Source: an uncultured Acidobacteriota bacterium (GTDB taxonomy: Bacteria; Acidobacteriota; Vicinamibacteria; Fen-336). Taken from it: a stretch of 64,000 nucleotides of DNA. Made by a program: the position numbers and the translations under genes. Of this stretch, positions 13,817 to 23,675 are shown one piece after another (the stretch's first letter is position 1; each line of letters starts with the position of its first letter). The stretch covers positions 8,238-72,237 of the forward strand of contig CAVOYO010000019.1 in NCBI GenBank assembly GCA_963700695.1, given 5' to 3'. The notes beneath the pieces are model-generated. The model saw only the letters and a list, made by a program, of their open reading frames with translations, did not search any database and was not told the DNA's origin.

Positions 13817-13846
13817 ATTCTAGCCGCCCACCTCCGAGGCTGTCAA
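13817..13846 (-). promoter_or_regulatory. Sigma70-type promoter of ilvE (near-leaderless)
   Basis: TTGACA-18 nt-TAGAAT, 8 nt upstream of the ATG. Confidence 0.65.
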
Positions 13847-13888
13847 TGGACCGGGGCGGCGAAGTGTCTGAGATCTCTGAAGTTAGGC

Positions 13889-14824
13889 CTATTGCCTTTC
13901 GCCGCAGAACGCGCAGGTCTCCGAGCGGCTGTGCAGCGGCTTCCGGCAGTGCCAGCAGAACCCCTTGCGCGGCACCTCGCGAGCGCGCAGGCGGCGGCGG
14001 ATGTCCTCCATCTCCGTGGCGCTGTGGTCGATCTCGGCGGCGGTGGACAGATCGTCGAGCAGCTCCGAAGACCGCTGGTAGCGGTCGGACAGCTCCGGGG
14101 CCAGGCTCTTCATCACGATGTCCGAGATCTCCTTCGGGATCTGGTTGTTGCGGAGCCGGGGAGGCGTGCAACGCCCCTGGGCGACCAGCTTCTCGATCTG
14201 GGCAGGGTTGGGGCTGTAGTACGGCAGCTGTCCCGTCAGCATCTGGTAGAGCATGACGCCCACCGAGTAGATGTCGGAAGCGAGCACCGCCCGGCCCTGA
14301 AAGGCCTCCGGTGCCATGTAGGGCGGGCTCCCGATGACGGTGGTCGCGTGGGAGCGTTCGAGAAAGCGGGAGGTCCCGAAATCGGCGACCTTGATTGCAC
14401 CGCTCTCGGAGATCAGCACGTTGGCCGGGCGCAGGTCGCGGTGGAGGATCTGGGCCTCGTGGGCGTGCTCGACCCCCCGGAGGATCTGCACGGCGTAGGT
14501 GAGGGCCCGGGGCGGGTCGAGCGATTTCTCGCGGTCGAGGACGGCCTCGAGGCTCTCCCCCTTGATGTATTCCATGACGATGAAGAACGTGTCCTCCACC
14601 CGCTCCGCGGTCACGATCCCGACGATGTTGGGGTGATCGAGGGCGGCGAGAAGACGGGGCTCCTGCAGGAGCTCGTCGAAGTCGCCCCGCTGGCGGTGGG
14701 GGACCTTGATGGCCACCTTCTTGTCGATCCAGGTGTCGCGGGCGAGAAGGACGGTGCCGAATCCGCCGGATCCGAGGTTGGAGAGGATCTGGTATTTTCC
14801 GACCGTCTGTCCCAGGAGGAACAT
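13889..14824 (-). CDS. Hanks-type Ser/Thr protein kinase with C-terminal zinc ribbon
   Basis: GSGGFG, VAIK, HRDLRPAN, DFG, YMAPE, SDIYSVG; C-terminal CWHC-x10-CAFC. Confidence 0.9.
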   Translation of the reverse strand: MFLLGQTVGKYQILSNLGSGGFGTVLLARDTWIDKKVAIKVPHRQRGDFDELLQEPRLLAALDHPNIVGIVTAERVEDTFFIVMEYIKGESLEAVLDREKSLDPPRALTYAVQILRGVEHAHEAQILHRDLRPANVLISESGAIKVADFGTSRFLERSHATTVIGSPPYMAPEAFQGRAVLASDIYSVGVMLYQMLTGQLPYYSPNPAQIEKLVAQGRCTPPRLRNNQIPKEISDIVMKSLAPELSDRYQRSSELLDDLSTAAEIDHSATEMEDIRRRLRAREVPRKGFCWHCRKPLHSRSETCAFCGERQ

Positions 14825-14943
14825 GGAGCGCGGCGAGTATAGCATCGCCTCCGGCGCCCGCCGTGGACTGGTGCCGATGCCCCATATCCGTCGTTGGCCA
14901 CGTCCCGTAGAATCATGGGAAGGGGAGTGTGCGGAGAGCAACG

Positions 14944-15915
14944 ATGAGCTTCATGGAGACGGTCTACGCGAAGGTGAAGGGGCGCGGGGCCCGGGTTGTG
15001 TACCCAGAGGGCCTCGAGGAGCGCGCGCTGCGGGCCGCGGCATGGCTGCGCGACCGCGATCTGGTGGTGCCGGTGCTGGTGGGACCGGCGGCCGAGGTGC
15101 AGGGCCGGGCGAAGGCACTGGACCTCTCCCTCGACGGGATCGAGGTCCGCGATCCGGCGGCCGACGCGCGGCGCGAGGACTTCGTGGCCGAGTACGTGGA
15201 GCTACGGAAGCACAAGGGGATGACGCCGGAGAAGGCGCAGGAGCGCGTGGCGCTCCCGCACTACTTCGGCGCGCTGGCCGTGCGCACCGGGGAGGCCGTC
15301 GGCATGGTCTCCGGGCTGAACAGCGAAACCAAGCCCTTCCTGCCCGCCTTCGAGATCATCAAGATGGCGGAAGGCTACAAGCGGGCCTCGTCCGTCTTCA
15401 TCATGACCTGGCCGGACCGGACCTACTTCTACGCCGACTGCTCCGTGAACATCTCCCCCGACGCCGAGACGCTGGCCGAGATCGGCCGGGCCACTGCTCG
15501 AAGCGCCCGAGCCTTCGGACACGAGCCGCGCGTCGCCTTCCTGTCCTTCTCGACCCGGGACAGCGCGACGGACGCCTCGATCGACCGCGTCAAGGAGGCG
15601 ATGGCGCTCCTGCGTGAGGTCGAGCCCGAGCTCCTCGTCGACGGCGAGATGCAGATGGATGCCGCCATCGTTCCCGAGGTCGCGAAGAAGAAGTGCCCGG
15701 GCAGCCCTCTCGAGGGAAAGGCCAACGTCTTCATCTTCCCGGACCTGAACGCCGGCAACATCGCCTACAAGATCACCGAGCGCCTCGGCGGCGCCTCGGC
15801 CTTCGGCCCCATCCTTCAGGGCCTCCGGATGCCGGTGAACGACGTGTCGCGGGGCTGCTCCGTCCAGGACTTCGCCGACATCGCGACGATCACCGCGCTG
15901 CAGGCGATGGGGTAG
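14944..15915 (+). CDS. pta: Phosphate acetyl/acyltransferase
   Basis: RVVYPEG, FYADCSVN, DGEMQMDAA, FIFPDLNAGNIAYK, GPILQGL..PVNDVSRG. Confidence 0.88.
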   Translation: MSFMETVYAKVKGRGARVVYPEGLEERALRAAAWLRDRDLVVPVLVGPAAEVQGRAKALDLSLDGIEVRDPAADARREDFVAEYVELRKHKGMTPEKAQERVALPHYFGALAVRTGEAVGMVSGLNSETKPFLPAFEIIKMAEGYKRASSVFIMTWPDRTYFYADCSVNISPDAETLAEIGRATARSARAFGHEPRVAFLSFSTRDSATDASIDRVKEAMALLREVEPELLVDGEMQMDAAIVPEVAKKKCPGSPLEGKANVFIFPDLNAGNIAYKITERLGGASAFGPILQGLRMPVNDVSRGCSVQDFADIATITALQAMG

Positions 15916-16178
15916 TCAGCGGCACTTCACCGTCTCTGCAGCCCCTCTGTTAGCGGATCGCCGTCGCCGATGCCTCTGCTCCAGGCGCTCGGTTCGCGTG
16001 GCTTCGCGGGCCCTCTTTGGCCGCGGGGCGGCGGTCCGGGGGTGGACGTCATCAAGGTCCGCGCTCCGCAAGAGAGGGTAGCGGGGCGGCGAGAGCGATG
16101 CATGATGCGGGTGACTCGAGAGGCAGTTGCGGCGGGTGACCGAGCGCGGACTGAAGGAACTTCCCGGACGCGCGCACT

Positions 16179-16910
16179 CTAGGAGCCCAAATCCCCCCAA
16201 AGCGCCTGGGCGAGGGCGACCGCGGTGATGGCGGCGGTCTCCGCGCGGAGAACGCGGGGACCCAGCGACACGGGCGTGAAGCCGGCCTCGAGGAGCCGCG
16301 GGACCTCGACGGGGTCGAAGGCGCCGGGTGGGCCCACGAGGAGAAGGAGCGAGGCGGGGGGCTCGAGGGCGGTGAGAGGCGGGTGGCCTTCGGTCTCCAG
16401 GAGGACGGCCTTCGTCCCCTCGAACGGGCGCTCGACCAGGCGATCGAGGGTCGTCGTCTGCTCGATGTGGGGCACGGTGGCGCGGCCGCACTGCTCGGTC
16501 GCCCCGGACACCACGCGATCCCAGCGCTTGTCGCGGGTCCCCTTGAGGGCGGGGCGGGCGGCAGCGTCGGTCCGAGCCGTCACGACCGGCCAGATCTCGG
16601 TGACGCCCAGCTCCGTGGTCTTCTGGAGGACGAGCTCCATGCGGTCGCCGCGCAGAGGGGAGAGCGCAAGGACGAGGCGCAAGGCCGACTCCGGGCGGGT
16701 CTGAGCCGGGGAACCGAGACGCGCGGAGACCTTTCGACGGGAGACCTCGTCCAGAGTGGCCGTGAACTCCGTCCCTCGGCCGTCGAAGACGAGAACGTCA
16801 GCTCCCGCTCGCAGCCTCAGCACCTCGCGCGCGTGGTGCGCGGTGTGCTCGGGAAGTGCGACACGTGCCCCCGGGGCCGCATCGGGAACGTGGAAGCGCG
16901 GCCGGCTCAC
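16179..16910 (-). CDS. rsmE: 16S rRNA m3U1498 methyltransferase
   Basis: HHAREVLRL, QKTTELGV, EQCGR, SLGPRVLRAETAA; follows prmA. Confidence 0.9.
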   Translation of the reverse strand: MSRPRFHVPDAAPGARVALPEHTAHHAREVLRLRAGADVLVFDGRGTEFTATLDEVSRRKVSARLGSPAQTRPESALRLVLALSPLRGDRMELVLQKTTELGVTEIWPVVTARTDAAARPALKGTRDKRWDRVVSGATEQCGRATVPHIEQTTTLDRLVERPFEGTKAVLLETEGHPPLTALEPPASLLLLVGPPGAFDPVEVPRLLEAGFTPVSLGPRVLRAETAAITAVALAQALWGDLGS

Positions 16911-17719
16911 GGTCCGCGCTCGTAGACGAGGGCCGCCCACTCGCCGTCGCGGTGCACTTCGGGAATCCCTGAGGCGGCGTAGGCGCCCTGGACCTCGTCG
17001 AGGTCGGCGTCGAGCAGGCCGGAGAGGACGAGCGCGCCCCCCGCCGCGCGGAGCGCCACGAGACCCCGCGCGTGGGCCACGAGCAGCGGGGCGGTCAGGT
17101 TGGCGAGAACGAGGTCGAAGACCCCCGGCCGGAAGGCGCCCGCACCGTCCGCGCGGACCAGATGCAGGGGAACTCCGTTCAGGCCCGAGTGAGCCCGAGC
17201 GGAGCCGATCGCTTCCGGATCCGTGTCGGAGGCCACCACTGACTGCGCCCCGAGACGGGCCGCAGCAATGCCGAGGATCCCGGTGCCGGTGCCGATATCG
17301 ACGGCCCGGCCCAGGGCGCGCCGCGCGGCGAGCCGCTCGATGGCGGCCAGGCAGAGCCGGGTGGACTCGTGGGTTCCCGTTCCGAACGCGCGACCGGGGT
17401 CGACGAGCAGGAGATCGCCGGCGTCCGACGGCCGGTCCCAGGGCGGGGCGACGACGAACCGCCCGACACGGAAGGCCCGGAAGCTCTCCCGGAAGCGGGC
17501 GACCCAGTCGACGTCGGGGACCGGCACGGGTTCGACCGTCGCGTTCTTCAGACGTTCACGGAGCGCCGCGAGATCGACGTCGTTGGAGAAGTAGGCCAGC
17601 AGCGTGACCTGGCCGCTCGTGGTCGGGCCCACCTCGATGCCGTCCGTGCCGGCCTCGTACAGCTCGCCGGTGACGAGGTCCTCGTCGTACTCGACCACGG
17701 TCACTCGAAAGGCGCGCAT
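16907..17719 (-). CDS. prmA: Ribosomal protein L11 methyltransferase
   Basis: DPGRAFGTGTHESTRLCL, DIGTGTGIL, FDLVLANL, LSGLL. Confidence 0.9.
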   Translation of the reverse strand: MRAFRVTVVEYDEDLVTGELYEAGTDGIEVGPTTSGQVTLLAYFSNDVDLAALRERLKNATVEPVPVPDVDWVARFRESFRAFRVGRFVVAPPWDRPSDAGDLLLVDPGRAFGTGTHESTRLCLAAIERLAARRALGRAVDIGTGTGILGIAAARLGAQSVVASDTDPEAIGSARAHSGLNGVPLHLVRADGAGAFRPGVFDLVLANLTAPLLVAHARGLVALRAAGGALVLSGLLDADLDEVQGAYAASGIPEVHRDGEWAALVYERGP

Positions 17720-17738
17720 CGTCGACCAGACCTGCCGC

Positions 17739-18851
17739 TCAGCCGAAGAAGTCCCTCATTCGATCAAAGAGCGATTTCTCCTCGTCCCCGAAGTCGGGCA
17801 CGGGGAGGGTCTCGGCGAGCTTCTCCATGAGCCCGCGCTGCTCGGCGCTGAGGCGTGTCGGGACCACGACCCGGACGAGGATGTGCAGATCGCCTCGCCC
17901 CCGGCCGCCGAGCTGGGGCACGCCCTGACCCCTCAGGCGGAGGACGGTCCCGGACTGCGTGCCCTCGGGGACGTGCAGCCTGGTCTTCTCGCCCTCCAGC
18001 GTGGGGATCTCCAGGGTGGCGCCCAGGGCGGCTTGCGGCACGCTGACCGGGAACTCGCAGAAGAGGTGAGTGCCGTCGCGCCGGAAGAGGGCGTGCTCCT
18101 GGACGCGGAGCACCACGTAGAGGTCGCCGGCCGGGCCGCCGAGGGGCCCCGCCTCGCCCTCCCCGGTGATCCGCAGCTGGGAGCCGTTGTCGACGCCGGG
18201 AGGCACCTTGATCTGGAGCGTCCGCTCGTTCGTGATCTGACCCTCGCCCCCACAGGTCTTGCACTCCTCGGTGACGATGCGCCCGGCCCCGCGGCAGTGG
18301 CTGCAGGTGCGGGCGACGCTGAAGAAGCCCTGCTGGAACGTGACCTGGCCCACGCCCCCGCAGGTGGGGCAGGAGGCGGGCTTGGTGCCGGGGGCGGCCC
18401 CCGAACCCGAGCAGTCCTCGCAGGCCTCGCCGCGAGGGATGCGGATCTGCGTCTCCGTCCCGAAGGCCGCCTCCTCGAACGAGATCTCGAGGTTGTAGCG
18501 GAGGTCGGCGCCGCGTCGTGGTCCCCGCCGTCGGCCAAACAGATCTCCGAAGCCGAAGAAGTCGCCGAGGATGTCGCTGAAATCCGCGAAGATGGTCGGA
18601 TCGAAGCCGGCCCCGCCGGCCCCCCCGAGCCCAGCGTGCCCGAAGGCGTCGTACCGGCGCCTCTTCTCGGGGTCCCCGAGAACACCGTAGGCCTCCGCCG
18701 CCTCCTTGAAGAGCTCCTCGGCGCGCGTGTCGCCGGGGTTGCGGTCGGGATGGTGCTTGAGAGCCAGCTTCCGGTAGGCGGACTTCACCTCCTGCTCGGA
18801 GGCGTTGCGGGGGAGGCCGAGGACCTCGTAGTAGTCGCGCTTCGGGGCCAT
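17739..18851 (-). CDS. dnaJ: Chaperone DnaJ
   Basis: J domain with HPD; four CxxCxGxG motifs. Confidence 0.95.
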   Translation of the reverse strand: MAPKRDYYEVLGLPRNASEQEVKSAYRKLALKHHPDRNPGDTRAEELFKEAAEAYGVLGDPEKRRRYDAFGHAGLGGAGGAGFDPTIFADFSDILGDFFGFGDLFGRRRGPRRGADLRYNLEISFEEAAFGTETQIRIPRGEACEDCSGSGAAPGTKPASCPTCGGVGQVTFQQGFFSVARTCSHCRGAGRIVTEECKTCGGEGQITNERTLQIKVPPGVDNGSQLRITGEGEAGPLGGPAGDLYVVLRVQEHALFRRDGTHLFCEFPVSVPQAALGATLEIPTLEGEKTRLHVPEGTQSGTVLRLRGQGVPQLGGRGRGDLHILVRVVVPTRLSAEQRGLMEKLAETLPVPDFGDEEKSLFDRMRDFFG

Positions 18852-18908
18852 AGTGGTGTCGTGAGCCTGGAGACGGCGGGCGGGGGAGCCCTCGCCGGGG
18901 CCGCTCGC

Positions 18909-20723
18909 TCAGGGACGGAGCATGGCCTGGCCGATGACGGTGGCCGCCTTCTCCATGTCCGCCAGACGACTCTTGAGCTCCTCGACGTTGCCGTCTCCCT
19001 TGGCCTTCTTGGCCTTCTGGATGGACTCGAGGATCTTCTTCTGCTCCTCGTCGGTGAGCTTGCCCTCGAGCGCCTGCACGGATCTCATCGTGTTGGCCAC
19101 GAGGCCGTCGAGCTGCCGAACGACCGCCTCGAGGTCCTTGCGGTCCTTCTCCTGCGCTCTCTCTGCGCGCGAGTCTCCTCGACGAGGCGACTCACCTCGG
19201 CCTGACTGAGGCCGCCGGAGGGGTGGATCGTCATCGACTGCTGGCGGCCGGTGGCCTGGTCCAGGGCGGAGGTGTTGTACGACGCCGTTCACGTCGATCT
19301 CGAAGGAGACCTCGATCTGGGGTACGCCCCGGGGTGCGGGGGGGATGTTGGTGAGCTCGAACTTCGCCAGGCTCTTGTTGTACGCCGCCATGTCGCTCTC
19401 GCCCTGGAGCACGTGGACCTCGACCCGGGTCTGGTTGTCGGCGACCGTCGTGAACACGCGGCTCTTCCGGGTCGGGATCGTGGAGTTGCGCTCGATGAGC
19501 GGCGTGAACGTGCCGTCCTTGGTCTCGATGCCGAGGGTGTGCGGCGTGACGTCGAGGAGCACGAGGTCCTTGACCTCGCCCTGGATGATGCCGGTCTGGA
19601 TCGCCGCCCCCATCGCGACGCCCTCGTCGGGGTTCACCGCCCGGTTGGACTCCCGCCCGAAGACCTTCTTGGCGAGCTCGGAGACCTTCGGGGCGCGCGT
19701 CTGGCCGCCGACGAGGAGGACCTCGTCGATCTCGTCGAGCTTGAGGCCGGCGTCGTCGAGGCAGCGCTTCGCAGGGCTCGAATCGTGCGCTCGAGGAGGT
19801 CGTCGGTGAGCTGCTTCGTACTTCTCGCGGGCGAGGACGGTGTTGAGGTGCTTGGGGCCGGAGGCATCGGCCGAGATGAAGGGGAGGACGATCTCGGTCT
19901 GCTGCGCGGTGCTGAGCTCGCACTTGGCCTTCTCCGCCGCCTCCTTGAGGCGCTGCAGGGCCATCCGGTCCTGCTTGAGGTCGATCTGGGTCTCCCTCTG
20001 GAACTCGCCGATCAGCCAGTCGATGATCCGCTGGTCGAAGTCCTCGCCGCCGAGGTAGGTGTCGCCGCCGGTGGCCAGGACCTGGAAGAGACCGTCCGAC
20101 ATCTCCAGGATCGTGATGTCGAAGGTGCCACCCCCGAGGTCGTAGACGGCGACCTTCTGGCCGTCGCTGCCCGCGGACTTCAGGCCGTAGGCCAGGGCGG
20201 CCGCGGTCGGCTCGTTGATGATCCGAGAGACCTTGAGTCCGGCGATCTGCCCCGCGTCCTTGGTGGCCTGTCGCTGGGGGTCGTTGAAGTAGGCGGGGAC
20301 GGTGATGATCGCCTCCTCGACCGTCTCCCCGAGGTAGTCCTCGGCCGCCGCCTTCAGCTTCTGGAGCACGAAGGAGGAGATCTGCGGAGGGGAGTAGACG
20401 TTCTCCTCGATCTTGATGTGGAGGTCGCCGTTCTCGGCCGCGACCAGCTCGAACGGCAGGAACTTGCGGGCCTCCTCGGCTTCCTGGTCGTCGGCCTTGC
20501 GGCCGATGAGCCGCTTGACCGCGAAGACCGTGTTCTTCGGGTTGGTGAGGGCCTGGCGCTTGGCGATCTGGCCGACGAGGCGCTCGCCCTTGGCGGTGAA
20601 GCCGACGATGGAGGGGGTGGTGCGGGCGCCCTCCTGGTTGGGGATGACCTGGGGGACGCCCCCCTCCATCACGGCAACGCAGGAGTTGGTCGTGCCCAGG
20701 TCGATTCCGATCATCTTTCCCAC
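18909..20723 (-). CDS. dnaK: Chaperone DnaK (short compensating frameshifts near 19170-19290 and 19780-19815)
   Basis: [50 protein letters not shown]. Confidence 0.95.
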   Translation of the reverse strand: MGKMIGIDLGTTNSCVAVMEGGVPQVIPNQEGARTTPSIVGFTAKGERLVGQIAKRQALTNPKNTVFAVKRLIGRKADDQEAEEARKFLPFELVAAENGDLHIKIEENVYSPPQISSFVLQKLKAAAEDYLGETVEEAIITVPAYFNDPQRQATKDAGQIAGLKVSRIINEPTAAALAYGLKSAGSDGQKVAVYDLGGGTFDITILEMSDGLFQVLATGGDTYLGGEDFDQRIIDWLIGEFQRETQIDLKQDRMALQRLKEAAEKAKCELSTAQQTEIVLPFISADASGPKHLNTVLAREKYEAAHRRPPRAHDSSPAKRCLDDAGLKLDEIDEVLLVGGQTRAPKVSELAKKVFGRESNRAVNPDEGVAMGAAIQTGIIQGEVKDLVLLDVTPHTLGIETKDGTFTPLIERNSTIPTRKSRVFTTVADNQTRVEVHVLQGESDMAAYNKSLAKFELTNIPPAPRGVPQIEVSFEIDVNGVVQHLRPGPGHRPPAVDDDPPLRRPQSGRGESPRRGDSRAERAQEKDRKDLEAVVRQLDGLVANTMRSVQALEGKLTDEEQKKILESIQKAKKAKGDGNVEELKSRLADMEKAATVIGQAMLRP

Positions 20724-20859
20724 GTCGAACCTCGCTCCCTTCGTGTGCGGGGTGGACTAGTACCGTTCCAGCGTCTCCGCCGAATCCCTGGTTTCGTCTG
20801 AGGCTGCCACGTCGATCCCATCCTTGCCCCCCTTCTCGGCACGGCAAGTTGGAACGGCA

Positions 20860-21522
20860 CTAGTCGTCCACGCCCTCGCCACCGCCCTCCTGCCCGTCCT
20901 CGGCGTCGTCACCCTTGGCCACCTTGACCAGTGCTGGGCGCAGCAGACGCTCTCCGAACAAGTAGCCCTTTCGGAAGACCTCCGCGACCTCGCCCTCCGC
21001 GAGCCCGGGAACCGGCTCGTGGAGCAGCGCCTGGTGCACGGCGGGGTCGAAGCGCTCACCCATGGGATCCACGGGCAGGATGTCGTGCGCCTCGAGGAGG
21101 CCGACCAGCTCGCGGTGAGTCAGCTCGACTCCCTTTCGGAGCTCGTCCTCGCCACCGCTCGCGGACAGGGCCCGCTCCAGGTTGTCGACCGTGCCCAGCA
21201 GCTCCCGAAAGGTCGCGGTCAGGGCCTCCTGGGCCGCGGTGTGACGGTCGCGGTCCACCCGACGCCGGAAGTTCTCGAAATCGGCGCGGCGGCGCAGGAG
21301 CTCTTCGGCCAGCTTGTCACGCTCTTCGCGGAGGGCCTCCAGCGCCCGCTCGGGCGTCGCCGCGGGCTCCTCGACCGCCTCGAGGCCGCTCTCCCCGCTC
21401 GCCGACGAGGAGAGCTCGTCGAGGACGGCGGAGGACAGGTCGTCGGGCGCGGCCGCGTCCTCGGCGTGATCCGACACCTCTTCGTCCTCCTCGTGAAATC
21501 GCTTCCCTCGGGCTCGACTCAC
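20860..21522 (-). CDS. grpE: Nucleotide exchange factor GrpE
   Basis: RADFENFRRR, DNLERAL, FDPAVHQA, KGY...LLRPALVKV. Confidence 0.92.
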   Translation of the reverse strand: MSRARGKRFHEEDEEVSDHAEDAAAPDDLSSAVLDELSSSASGESGLEAVEEPAATPERALEALREERDKLAEELLRRRADFENFRRRVDRDRHTAAQEALTATFRELLGTVDNLERALSASGGEDELRKGVELTHRELVGLLEAHDILPVDPMGERFDPAVHQALLHEPVPGLAEGEVAEVFRKGYLFGERLLRPALVKVAKGDDAEDGQEGGGEGVDD

Positions 21523-22568
21523 GACCGCAGCCCTCGCAGGGTGTCGGCGAGCGCGCGCGCCATGTGATCGACCAGGGCAACCACGTGAGCGTACTCCATG
21601 CGGGTCGAGCCCAGGACGCCGAGGCCCCAGCCCGTGTCACCTTCGACGCTGCAGCTCGCGGTGACCAGCGACAGGTCGCGCAGGTCGGGGTCGGGGTTCT
21701 CGTGCCCGATCAGGACGCGGATGCCTTCCCCCGCGATGCAGGCGTTGAGGATCTGGACGAGGCGGTTCTTCTCCTCGAAGGTGCGGAAGAGCGCCCGCAT
21801 GCGCTCCAGGTCCTCGAAGTCGGGGTGCGACAGGATGTTGGATGTTCCGTCGAGATAGACGCTGGCCTCCGCGTCAGACTGCGCGAAGGCGCGCTCTCCC
21901 AGGCTGACGACCTTCTGGAGGAGGGAGTCGTAGAGAGCCTTTTCCTCGCGCATCAGGGCCAGCAGCTTCTCCCGGATGGCGGAGAGCGCCATTCCCGAGA
22001 AGTGCGCGTTCAGGTAGTTGGCGCAGGCCTGAAGCTCTTCCGCGGACAGCTCCTCCTCGAGCTCGATGACCTTCTGGGTCACGAGGCCGGTGGCCGAGAC
22101 CATCACCACCAGGACGCGACGCCCAGCGAGCGCCACCAAATCGATGTGGCGGAAGCTGGTCCGGGCGATGTCGGGGGCCAGGACGAAGCCGACGTGCCGG
22201 CTCAGCCGGGAGAGAAGGTGGGACGCCTTCTCCATGACCTGCTCGGTGGAGGCGTCGGGGGAGGCCAGGGCCGAGGCCACCGCGGCCGCGTCTCCCGGCG
22301 CGAGGGGACGAGGATCCATCATCAGGCCGTCCACGAAGAAGCGGTAGCCCTCGTCCGTCGGCACGCGCCCCGCGCTCGTGTGAGGGTGATCGAGGTACCC
22401 GAGGGCCTCGAGGTCGGCCATGATGTTCCGCAGCGTCGCCGGCGACAGGACGCGGTCGATGGCTCGAGACAGACTCTCCGAGCCGACCGGCTCGCCGGTC
22501 TCGATGTGGAGCTGGATGAGGGTCCGGAGGACCTCCCTCCGCCGATCGTCAAAGGCGGCCGCGGGCAT
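21519..22568 (-). CDS. hrcA: Heat-inducible transcription repressor
   Basis: TGEPVGS, SPATLRNIMADLE, PHTSAGRVPTDEGYRFFVD, GVLGSTRMEY. Confidence 0.93.
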   Translation of the reverse strand: MPAAAFDDRRREVLRTLIQLHIETGEPVGSESLSRAIDRVLSPATLRNIMADLEALGYLDHPHTSAGRVPTDEGYRFFVDGLMMDPRPLAPGDAAAVASALASPDASTEQVMEKASHLLSRLSRHVGFVLAPDIARTSFRHIDLVALAGRRVLVVMVSATGLVTQKVIELEEELSAEELQACANYLNAHFSGMALSAIREKLLALMREEKALYDSLLQKVVSLGERAFAQSDAEASVYLDGTSNILSHPDFEDLERMRALFRTFEEKNRLVQILNACIAGEGIRVLIGHENPDPDLRDLSLVTASCSVEGDTGWGLGVLGSTRMEYAHVVALVDHMARALADTLRGLRS

Positions 22569-22582
22569 GCTTCGCTTCGGAA

Positions 22583-22610
22583 ATTATACGGCGGTAAGGA
22601 GAAACGGCAA
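22583..22610 (-). promoter_or_regulatory. Sigma70 promoter of the hrcA-grpE-dnaK-dnaJ operon
   Basis: TTGCCG-16 nt-TATAAT, 14 nt upstream of the hrcA ATG. Confidence 0.6.
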
Positions 22611-22657
22611 GGGCTCGGCCGTTCGCCACGGCGGACCGGACGCCGGCGCTCGGGTCC

Positions 22658-23110
22658 TCAGGCGCCTCCAGGTCCGCCTCCGTGGGGGGACATGTCGCTG
22701 TTGCCCTTGAACGTCGCCCCCTCGACGATGACGACGCGGGGAGCTCGGATGTTCCCGGTGAGCTTCCCGCTGGCCTCGAGGTGCACTCGCTGTGCGGCCT
22801 GGACATCGCCGATGATCTCGCCGGCCACCAGGACCGACTGGGCGCTCACGGTGGCCTTCACGCAGCCTCCGGGGCCGACGCGCAGATCGCGACCGATGCG
22901 GATGGTGCCCTCGACGGTGCCCTGGACCAGAACGTCCTCCTCGCCCGTGATGTCCCCCTTCAGGACGGTCTTGGGTCCGATGACGCACTGGGTGGACGTC
23001 GAGGCGGGGGGCACGGCCTTTTCGGCCGTCCCTTTCGGGGGAGCCGACGGCGTGGTCGGAGGCGTCACGCGCTGCAGGGGCTTGGTCTCTGTCTTGCCGA
23101 AGATGCCCAT
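22658..23110 (-). CDS. Bactofilin (polymer-forming cytoskeletal protein)
   Basis: IGPKTVLKGDI...VQGTVEGTI...VAGEIIGDV...GNIRAPRVVIVEGATFKG beta-helix pattern. Confidence 0.88.
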   Translation of the reverse strand: MGIFGKTETKPLQRVTPPTTPSAPPKGTAEKAVPPASTSTQCVIGPKTVLKGDITGEEDVLVQGTVEGTIRIGRDLRVGPGGCVKATVSAQSVLVAGEIIGDVQAAQRVHLEASGKLTGNIRAPRVVIVEGATFKGNSDMSPHGGGPGGA

Positions 23111-23160
23111 CAGTTCCTCCCGGGAGGACCCTCCCGTCAGGGCCTCTCGCGCGCAGGGTG

Positions 23161-23236
23161 TGGAGCGGGCGACGGGGTTCGAACCCGCGACTCCGAGCTT
23201 GGGAAGCTCGTACTCTACCAACTGAGCTACGCCCGC
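23161..23236 (-). tRNA. tRNA-Gly(CCC)
   Basis: GCGGGCGTAGCTCAGTTGGTAGAGTACGAGCTTCCCAAGCTCGGAGTCGCGGGTTCGAACCCCGTCGCCCGCTCCA; 76 nt cloverleaf, anticodon CCC, encoded CCA. Confidence 0.97.
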
Positions 23237-23258
23237 CCGCGCTCGATGACTCCCCTTG

Positions 23259-23287
23259 ATGATAGCCAACGCCGCGGGCACGGTCAA
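23259..23287 (-). promoter_or_regulatory. Sigma70 promoter of tRNA-Gly
   Basis: TTGACC-17 nt-TATCAT. Confidence 0.6.
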
Positions 23288-23295
23288 TCATTGAC

Positions 23296-23665
23296 CCCCG
23301 ATCATTCAATAACCCCCCTCCCTATCCCTCCCCACGTAGGGGGAGGGAAAGGCTTGAGATAGGCCATGGACACCCGCGTGTCCCCAGGGAAGGGACACGC
23401 GGGCGGGCCTGGGCCTGGTGGCCGGTCGCACCTGTTGATCGACCCCCGAGGGTATCCCTCCCCACGTAGGGGGCTCGGGGGACGCGACGTCGAGCTCGCG
23501 GGACGAGCGTCGACCCCGAGTGCAAGTCGCGACGCGCAGCGTCGCTTCCGACAGGCCGGAAATCCTTGGCATAGGCCACGTACACCCGCGTGTCCCCAGG
23601 GAAGGGACACGCGGGCGAGCCGAGGCCTGGTGCGCAGTTGCACTTGTTCATCGACCCCCCCCCGG
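23296..23665. repeat. Modular palindromic intergenic repeat, family 1, copy A (contains an empty IS target site)
   Basis: Modules ccctatccctccccacgtagggggaggg, 2x cccgcgtgtccccagggaagggacacgcggg and ggggacgcgacgtcgagc...gacgagcgtcgaccccgag recur across the window. Confidence 0.9.
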
Positions 23666-23675
23666 GGGTCCAGGC

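Noticed and set aside
11677-14885. 713-aa PilT and 678-aa IlvE ORFs that look like fusions
   Set aside because: The N-terminal extensions are off-frame read-through of neighbouring genes; real starts are at 12810 and 13808
15916-16178. Gap between convergent pta and rsmE with an inverted repeat (gtccgcgctc / gagcgcggac)
   Set aside because: Single 10-bp arm pair about 95 nt apart in GC-rich DNA; no match to the repeat families and no convincing ORF
23296-23665. Palindromic repeats as a CRISPR array, or as an att site of a tRNA-integrated island
   Set aside because: Copies are dispersed with no regular spacers; no integrase and no duplicated tRNA 3' end; flanking genes are core
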